Part shown: piece by piece, positions 57,917 to 64,000 of the stretch
Position numbering within the stretch: position 1 is the first letter of the stretch
Layout: the number at the start of each line of letters is the position of its first letter
Assembly: GCA_050950165.1 (NCBI GenBank)
Contig: JBMNHC010000001.1
Coordinates: 191,151-255,150 of the forward strand
Direction of reading: 5' to 3'
DNA length: 64,000 nucleotides
Origin: Candidatus Dojkabacteria bacterium
Lineage (GTDB): Bacteria; Patescibacteriota; Dojkabacteria; SC72
Notes under the pieces: generated by a model
Database searches by the model: none
What the model was told of the DNA's origin: nothing
What the model saw: only the letters and a program-made list of their open reading frames with translations
Translations under genes and position numbers: made by a program

Positions 57917-60040
57917 TTAATCTAGAGTATCTACTGAGATAGTGCCATTTGGTTCCTCACCATTGTTCTCTGCTCTTTTAATACTAAGTTTCAATCTCCC
58001 TAGTTTGTCTTTCTCCAATATCTTAACTTTAACAGTATCACCCACCTTTAAGAATTTGTTTACATCTTTAACAAACTCATCTGTAATCTCAGAGACATGT
58101 ACTAGTCCAGATACATTAGGAGCAATATCTACAAATGCACCATATTCCATAATTGAAACAACCCTACCTTCGTACGTTTCTCCTACGATAGGGACAAAGC
58201 TTAAACCTTTGATATACTTTAAAGCCTCATCTATGGAAGTCTGATCTGAAGAGTAAATATTTACAGTACCATCCTCTTCTACAGATATCTCTGCACCTGT
58301 TCTCTCTGTTAAATCTCTAATATTTTTACCACCTGGCCCTATTAACTCACCAATCTTGTCTACAGGGATTTTCTCTCTAGCAACCTTAGGTGCATACTTA
58401 GATATCTCAGATCTGGATTCTTTAATAACTCCTGCCATTACAGATATTACTTTCTCTCTAGCAATCTTAGATTTCTCAAATGTAGCCTTTACAATCTCCA
58501 TGCTTAATCCTGCAATCTTGTTATCCATCTGAACAGCAGTAATACCATCTCTGGTACCTGTTATTTTAAAATCCATATCTCCATAGAAATCCTCTACTCC
58601 CTGCATATCTGTCAATATATGGAAAGAACCTCCATCTTCTACTACTAACCCTGAAGCGATACCTCCCACTATTTTTCTAATCGGTACTCCTGCTGCCATT
58701 AGTGCTAAAGAAGAACCACATGCAGAAGCCATTGAACTAGAACCATTCTCTCCCTGTATCTCTGACATTACTAAAATTGTATATGGAAAATCACTCTCTG
58801 AAGGAATAACTGGAATAAGAGCTTTCTCTGCTAACATTCCATGTCCTACAGCTCTTCTACTTGGATTAAGCCTAACCCTATCTGCTTCACCATATGCAAA
58901 AGGTAGATCATTGTAGTAGTGCATATATCTTTTCTCTTTCTCACCCAACATATCATCTACTAACTTTGCATCTTTCAAACTACCTAATGTTGCGATAGAG
59001 AGAACTTGAGTAATACCTCTAGTAAAGAGACCAGAACCGTGAACTCTAGGGAGCAAATCTATCTCAGCTTCCATTTCACGAATCTCATCTAAGCCTCTTC
59101 CATCAACTCTCTTACCCTTCTCTACAACATATTCCCTTAATGCCTTTTTCTGTAATCTATCATATGCTTCAACAATATCTGATTTAGAATATTTACCCTC
59201 AAAATTCTTAAAAGCCTCTTCCTTAGTAGCCTCATGCTTCTCTTTCTCTCCTGCCAAAAGATTCTCAAGAACTTTCTCTCCTAAAAATTCCGAAAGTTCT
59301 GAAACAAGACTCTCCTCAATACTAAATGGAGTATATTCCTTGTTCTTCTTTTCTAGCATATCAATAAATATATTCTGATTCTTAATCCACTCTTTCATCT
59401 CTGAAAGACTTAGCTCCATAGCTTCTAATACTTTCTCTTCAGGAATTTCATAACAACCTGCATCAATCATTGTAAAAAGTTCTCCATCTCCACCAACAAC
59501 ATAGTTCATCTTTTCTTCTTCAGATACATCCTCCATACTCTTGTACAAAGGAACTATCTTCCCATCTACAATTCCCATTCTTACTCCAGCAACTGGTCCA
59601 TTGAAAGGCGCAGAGGAGTTAAGTAGTGCAACAGAAGCAGCATTGATTGCTAAAAGAACAGGATCATTTTCCTCATCATATGACATTACTGTCACTATTA
59701 AACTTACTTCGTTTCTGTAATCCTCTGGGAATCTAGAACGAATAGCTCTATCTATCATTCTTGCTTTAAGTACTGCATCATCACTAGGAAATCTCTCTAT
59801 CTTTACAAACCTAGAACCACTAATCTTTCCTGAAGCATAAAATCTCTCTATATATTCAACAGAGAGTGGGAAGTAATCAACATCTCCCTGTGCAGGAGAT
59901 GTATTTACATTAACCTCTACAACAGTATCTCCCATCTTAGCTAATATTGCAGACTCAGACTTTAGAGCTAGTTTACCAGTTTCGAAAGAACACTTTCTTC
60001 CATCTATCTCAAACTCATGTATTTTGTGATTAAAAAGCAT
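57917..60040 (-). CDS. pnp: Polyribonucleotide nucleotidyltransferase
   Basis: Two RNase PH domains, KH (GPGGKNIRDL), S1. 707 aa. Confidence 0.9.
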   Translation of the reverse strand: MLFNHKIHEFEIDGRKCSFETGKLALKSESAILAKMGDTVVEVNVNTSPAQGDVDYFPLSVEYIERFYASGKISGSRFVKIERFPSDDAVLKARMIDRAIRSRFPEDYRNEVSLIVTVMSYDEENDPVLLAINAASVALLNSSAPFNGPVAGVRMGIVDGKIVPLYKSMEDVSEEEKMNYVVGGDGELFTMIDAGCYEIPEEKVLEAMELSLSEMKEWIKNQNIFIDMLEKKNKEYTPFSIEESLVSELSEFLGEKVLENLLAGEKEKHEATKEEAFKNFEGKYSKSDIVEAYDRLQKKALREYVVEKGKRVDGRGLDEIREMEAEIDLLPRVHGSGLFTRGITQVLSIATLGSLKDAKLVDDMLGEKEKRYMHYYNDLPFAYGEADRVRLNPSRRAVGHGMLAEKALIPVIPSESDFPYTILVMSEIQGENGSSSMASACGSSLALMAAGVPIRKIVGGIASGLVVEDGGSFHILTDMQGVEDFYGDMDFKITGTRDGITAVQMDNKIAGLSMEIVKATFEKSKIAREKVISVMAGVIKESRSEISKYAPKVAREKIPVDKIGELIGPGGKNIRDLTERTGAEISVEEDGTVNIYSSDQTSIDEALKYIKGLSFVPIVGETYEGRVVSIMEYGAFVDIAPNVSGLVHVSEITDEFVKDVNKFLKVGDTVKVKILEKDKLGRLKLSIKRAENNGEEPNGTISVDTLD

Positions 60041-60129
60041 AAATAAAAAACTTTAAATTATAAATAAGGGATATACCCTTTGTACTTTGAAGTTATAACA
60101 GGAGAGAGAAAAAAAAGAAAGATTTTTAT

Positions 60130-60393
60130 CTATACTTTTATTTTCTTTAACAAAGCTTCATATCTCTCAGACTCGTTACTTTGAAGATATTGAAGTAATC
60201 TTCTTCGCTTACCAACTTTCTGAAGTAAACCCTTTCTAGAATGATTATCCTTCTTATGATCTTTCAAATGTTCAGTTAGCTTAAGAATCTCCTCAGTTAA
60301 GATAGCAATCTGAACTTCAGGAGAACCTGTATCCCCCTCATGAAGGGCATACTCTTTAACAATCTTTGACTTTTCTTCTCTACTTAGCGACAT
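60130..60393 (-). CDS. rpsO: 30S ribosomal protein S15
   Basis: 87 aa. ...[29 protein letters not shown]. Confidence 0.9.
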   Translation of the reverse strand: MSLSREEKSKIVKEYALHEGDTGSPEVQIAILTEEILKLTEHLKDHKKDNHSRKGLLQKVGKRRRLLQYLQSNESERYEALLKKIKV

Positions 60394-60492
60394 ATATTCT
60401 AGATTAGCATTATGTAAATATTTTTACAATACTGGTTTTAAACAACACAAAGCCTATTTTATATCCTTATGGGCTATCTGTCAACTTGTCCA

Positions 60493-62043
60493 CTATCTAA
60501 TTACCTTGTAACAGTAAAGCTCGTCTCCCTCCTGAGCATCTACCTGTGGAGTAAGAAACACCCCACACTCCTCACCCTGCTTTGCTTCGGATATTACATC
60601 TTTATTCTTTTTTAATGACTTAATCTTCCCCTCCCCAATTATTTCATCATTCCTAACTACATAGCATTTACAATCTCTCTTCAATATACCCTCTTTAACT
60701 CTACTACCTAATATAACTGAACCATCAGAGAGAGTAAAAATCACTTTAATAACGGCATTCCCTATCTCCTCTTCTGCCTGCTCTGGTGTAGATACCATCT
60801 CTAATGCTTCTTCCACCTCTTCAATTAGTTTGTAGATTACAGAGTAGTTTCGAAGTAAAACACCACTATTCCTAGCAATATCTTCTACTCCTCGTTCACT
60901 ACCTACTTCAAAACCTAAAAGAATAGCTTTAGAAAGTCTTGCCATCTCTACATCTTTGAGAGTAATATCTCCAACACCACTAGAGATGATATTAACTGTA
61001 AAATCCTCACGCTTTAACTTAGAGAGAGCCTTCTCAATAGCTTCTAATGAACCCTCTGAAGAACTTTTAAGAAGTACATTTAAAGAATTATCCCTCTCTT
61101 CTTTTTCATTCTTAAAAAGATCTTCAAAAAAATCATCTTCTACAAGTGATGTCTCTTCCTCTACTGTCTCTTCACTATACATAGAAGAGAGTAAAGAAGG
61201 GTCATTCTTTTCCAAAATATATACTTCTGATCCTACTGGAAGTAGTTCAGAAAGACCAATAACTCTACCTCCAAAACCACAAGAAAGTGCAGAAATATTC
61301 TCGTTATCTTCAGAAACAATACCCTTTACCCTCTCTACTTTAATTTTTCCCTCTGATTGATACCCTATCCAAGAACCTTTGCATAGGTCTCCAGAAGTAA
61401 GTACTAAAGAAGAGATATTCCCTCTAGAATGATCTTTTATTGATTCTAAAACATACGCCTTAGCAACAATACCCTTAGGTAATTTTTCTCTCTCTTGTAA
61501 CCCTTCAACTTCAGCAACAAGAGATATTAAATCTAGAAGTTCAGATACCCCTTTACCTGTCTTAGCAGATATCTCTACTACAGGTATATTACCTCCCATA
61601 CCCTCTATCAACAATCCGTTATTAACCAGATCTCTCTTTATCTTCTCAAGATTAATATCTGGTAAATCTATTTTGTTAATAGCGACAATGGGCTTAGCAG
61701 TAGAGTTGTTAATAATCTCTATAGATTCGATCGTTTGAGGCTTTACACCATCATTTGCTGCAACAACAAGAACTACAATATCCGCAATACTCCCACCTCT
61801 TAGTCTCATTAAATCAAAAGCTTCATGACCAGGTGTATCTATAAAGGTAATCTTTTTTGAATCTCCAGTAGGTACAGTAAATATGGAGATCTTTTGAGTA
61901 ATACCACCTTCCTCGCAACTTTGGATATTACTTTTTCTAATGTAGTCTAAAAGAGAGGTTTTACCATGATCAACATGACCCAAGATAGCGACAACTGGGA
62001 CTCTTTCAACAACCATATTTTGTTTCTTACTCTTTCGACTCAT
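60493..62043 (-). CDS. infB: Translation initiation factor IF-2 (short form lacking the N-terminal domains)
   Basis: VVAILGHVDHGKTSLLD, DTPGHEAF. 516 aa. Confidence 0.9.
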   Translation of the reverse strand: MSRKSKKQNMVVERVPVVAILGHVDHGKTSLLDYIRKSNIQSCEEGGITQKISIFTVPTGDSKKITFIDTPGHEAFDLMRLRGGSIADIVVLVVAANDGVKPQTIESIEIINNSTAKPIVAINKIDLPDINLEKIKRDLVNNGLLIEGMGGNIPVVEISAKTGKGVSELLDLISLVAEVEGLQEREKLPKGIVAKAYVLESIKDHSRGNISSLVLTSGDLCKGSWIGYQSEGKIKVERVKGIVSEDNENISALSCGFGGRVIGLSELLPVGSEVYILEKNDPSLLSSMYSEETVEEETSLVEDDFFEDLFKNEKEERDNSLNVLLKSSSEGSLEAIEKALSKLKREDFTVNIISSGVGDITLKDVEMARLSKAILLGFEVGSERGVEDIARNSGVLLRNYSVIYKLIEEVEEALEMVSTPEQAEEEIGNAVIKVIFTLSDGSVILGSRVKEGILKRDCKCYVVRNDEIIGEGKIKSLKKNKDVISEAKQGEECGVFLTPQVDAQEGDELYCYKVIR

Positions 62044-62058
62044 ATATATATTTTAAAA

Positions 62059-63204
62059 CTATTCTTTAGAAGAATCTTCTACAACATCTTCTTCTGTTTT
62101 ATCTGCATACTCTTCTACTGCATCAGTAGCTTTAGTATCTACTACCTCTTCTCCTCCAATATTCACAATATCTATCTTTATACCTGTTAGTTTCCATGCT
62201 AATCTAACATTCTGTCCATCTCTACCAATAGCTAAAGAGAGCTGATCTGCATCACACTCTACTGTTGCAACATCATCAGAGATTTTAACAGACTCTACCT
62301 TAGCAGGGCTCAGTGCTTTTGCAACAAAATTCTCCAACTCCTCATCCCATTCTATAATATCAATCTTCTCTTCTCCTAACTCATTCATTACATTAGCAAT
62401 ACGAATACCTCTTTGACCAACACATGAGCCAATTGGATCTATACCCTCTTGGTGAGATACTACAGCAATCTTACTTCTAGAACCAGCCTCTCTTGCAACT
62501 GCCTTAATCTCTACAACACCAGACTCTATCTCAGGAACTTCTAATTTGAATAGTTCAATAAGGAATTGAGGATCTGATCTAGATATTAAGATTTGAGAAT
62601 CGTCAATACTCTTCAAAAGCACCTTATACCTCTCTCCTACCCTATAGAATTCATTTGCTATCTGCTCCTCAGGTGGCATAAATGCAGTAGCTTTCCCTAT
62701 CTCCATTACTGCAGAACCCTTCTGCATCCTCTGCATCAATGCTGTATATACTTCTCCTACCTTATCACTAAATTCACTAATAACTGCATCCTTTTCAGAC
62801 TCCCTTATCTTTTGCAAAAGGACCTGTTTGGCTGTCTGAGTAGCAATCCTACCTAAATCATCGGAAGGCATCTCTATCTGCACAGAGTCTCCAATCTCCA
62901 CATTAGGAGAGATTAACTCTGCCTCACTCAACGCTATCTCTGTATCTGCATCTTTTACTTTTTTAACAACCGTCTTTGAAGCAAAGAGCTTAAATTCTCC
63001 ACTCTCTCTATCTACCTCTGCAAACAAATTCTCTCCAACTTTCTCATCCGTTTCTTCGTTCTCCTTTTCTACTCTTCCATACTTCTCTTTTTTAACAGCA
63101 CTAAGAATAGCAGACTCTAAAGCAAGAAATACCTCCTCCTTATCTATTCCTCTCTCTGCTGCAATCTGATTAATAGCTGAAACTAATTCTGATGTTATAG
63201 CCAT
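62059..63204 (-). CDS. nusA: Transcription termination/antitermination factor NusA
   Basis: S1 and two KH domains (GSRSKIAVVS...DPIGSCVGQRGIRI). Acidic C-terminal tail. Confidence 0.9.
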   Translation of the reverse strand: MAITSELVSAINQIAAERGIDKEEVFLALESAILSAVKKEKYGRVEKENEETDEKVGENLFAEVDRESGEFKLFASKTVVKKVKDADTEIALSEAELISPNVEIGDSVQIEMPSDDLGRIATQTAKQVLLQKIRESEKDAVISEFSDKVGEVYTALMQRMQKGSAVMEIGKATAFMPPEEQIANEFYRVGERYKVLLKSIDDSQILISRSDPQFLIELFKLEVPEIESGVVEIKAVAREAGSRSKIAVVSHQEGIDPIGSCVGQRGIRIANVMNELGEEKIDIIEWDEELENFVAKALSPAKVESVKISDDVATVECDADQLSLAIGRDGQNVRLAWKLTGIKIDIVNIGGEEVVDTKATDAVEEYADKTEEDVVEDSSKE

Positions 63205-63321
63205 GATTAATACAATGAAAACAAATTAAAATATCTTTACTAAAAAAAAGGTGAGACCTTAGCCCCACCCTCTCCTTATAACTTCACTCTGTTATACCAA
63301 AAAATTTCAAGAATGTAAACC

Positions 63322-64000
63322 TTACATATCACTTAGTCTTTCCCACAGCTCTTTCTCTTCCCTAGATATCCTCTCTGGAATCTTTACATCAATACGAACA
63401 TAAAGGTCTCCTTTGGACTTAGGTTTGTTTAGCACAGGAGCACCATATCCTTTAACTCTAAATACTGTAGAAGGTTGAGTACCCTTTGGGATTTTTAATT
63501 TAACAGTTCCATCTACAGCTTCAACTTTAACCTCTCCACCCAATACTGCTGTATGTACAGGAATCTCCTCTATCGAGTAAAGATCATTTCCTCTCCTTTC
63601 GAACTTACTAGAAGGTTCAACCTCAATCTCTATGTATAAATCTCCATATTCTCCACCTACCTCTCCTGCATTACCACCCTCTCTAAATCTTAAAACCATA
63701 CCATCATAAACCCCCTCTGGAATCTTTACCTTAAGCTTCTCTTCTTTAGCCTCTAAGCCTAAACCATTACAGTAAGAACAAACCTTCTCAGGCACAGTAC
63801 CTATCCCTTTACACTTAGAACATTCAGCCATTACTGTAATCTGACCTAAGAAACTACTCTGAACTTTTCTCTCTCTACCACTCCCTTTGCAAACATCACA
63901 CGTCTTTCTTTCTCCTCCCTCACTACCACTACCTTTACAGTGCGAACATCTAATATTTCTCCTTACCTTGATCTCGTACTCTCCACCATGCATAGCTTCC
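63322..64000 (-). CDS. dnaJ: Chaperone DnaJ (C-terminal part; N-terminus beyond the window edge)
   Basis: Four CxxCxGxG zinc-finger repeats (CSHCKGSG, CDVCKGSG, CSKCKGIG, CSYCNGLG) and C-terminal client-binding domains. The ORF is open to the window end. Confidence 0.8.
   Translation of the reverse strand, partial: EAMHGGEYEIKVRRNIRCSHCKGSGSEGGERKTCDVCKGSGRERKVQSSFLGQITVMAECSKCKGIGTVPEKVCSYCNGLGLEAKEEKLKVKIPEGVYDGMVLRFREGGNAGEVGGEYGDLYIEIEVEPSSKFERRGNDLYSIEEIPVHTAVLGGEVKVEAVDGTVKLKIPKGTQPSTVFRVKGYGAPVLNKPKSKGDLYVRIDVKIPERISREEKELWERLSDM

Noticed and set aside
1-64000. CRISPR arrays or tandem repeat arrays
   Set aside because: By eye, no regularly spaced direct repeats were found in any intergenic region. 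The only notable repeats are the GTCTGTCC doublets flanking tnpA.

Overview
This window is a low-GC (about one third GC by eye) bacterial chromosome segment with most genes on the minus strand. The gene content and architecture fit a Candidate Phyla Radiation (Patescibacteria)-like genome. It carries a nearly complete S10-spc-alpha ribosomal superoperon (rpsJ through rpsI, 37.9-21.1 kb on the minus strand) in which L30 and L29 are absent and map is replaced by an ABC transporter. Other core translation and RNA genes are tuf-fusA, nusA-infB-rpsO-pnp, lysS, glyQS, trmD, rsmE and an rsmB-like gene, two greA paralogues, hupB, rny, adk, secY and uvrD/pcrA. There is one tRNA-Glu(CUC). An unannotated RNase P RNA (rnpB) is recognisable from conserved P4/P10-12/P15 sequence. 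Accessory content includes an IS200-like Y1 (RAYT-type) transposase flanked by inverted doublets of a GTCTGTCC motif, inserted between rny and a compositionally atypical, higher-GC tgt-queA pair. It also includes a transglutaminase-like gene apparently frameshifted inside a (TA)n tract, and an HD-domain protein with an uncharacterised N-terminal domain. The most unusual region is a co-directional island of seven genes (46.4-56.1 kb) encoding only envelope or secreted proteins: an Amidase_2-like protein with SH3b, an 874-aa cytoplasmic-TM-M23 peptidase protein, a glycine-rich polytopic VirB6/TrbL-like membrane protein, a Cys-rich secreted protein, a dual Fn3 surface protein and a DUF948-like protein. 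It lies next to an RpfB-like G5 plus transglycosylase protein. I propose this island as a candidate undescribed cell-surface and peptidoglycan-remodelling (possibly host-interface) system. No CRISPR array was seen.
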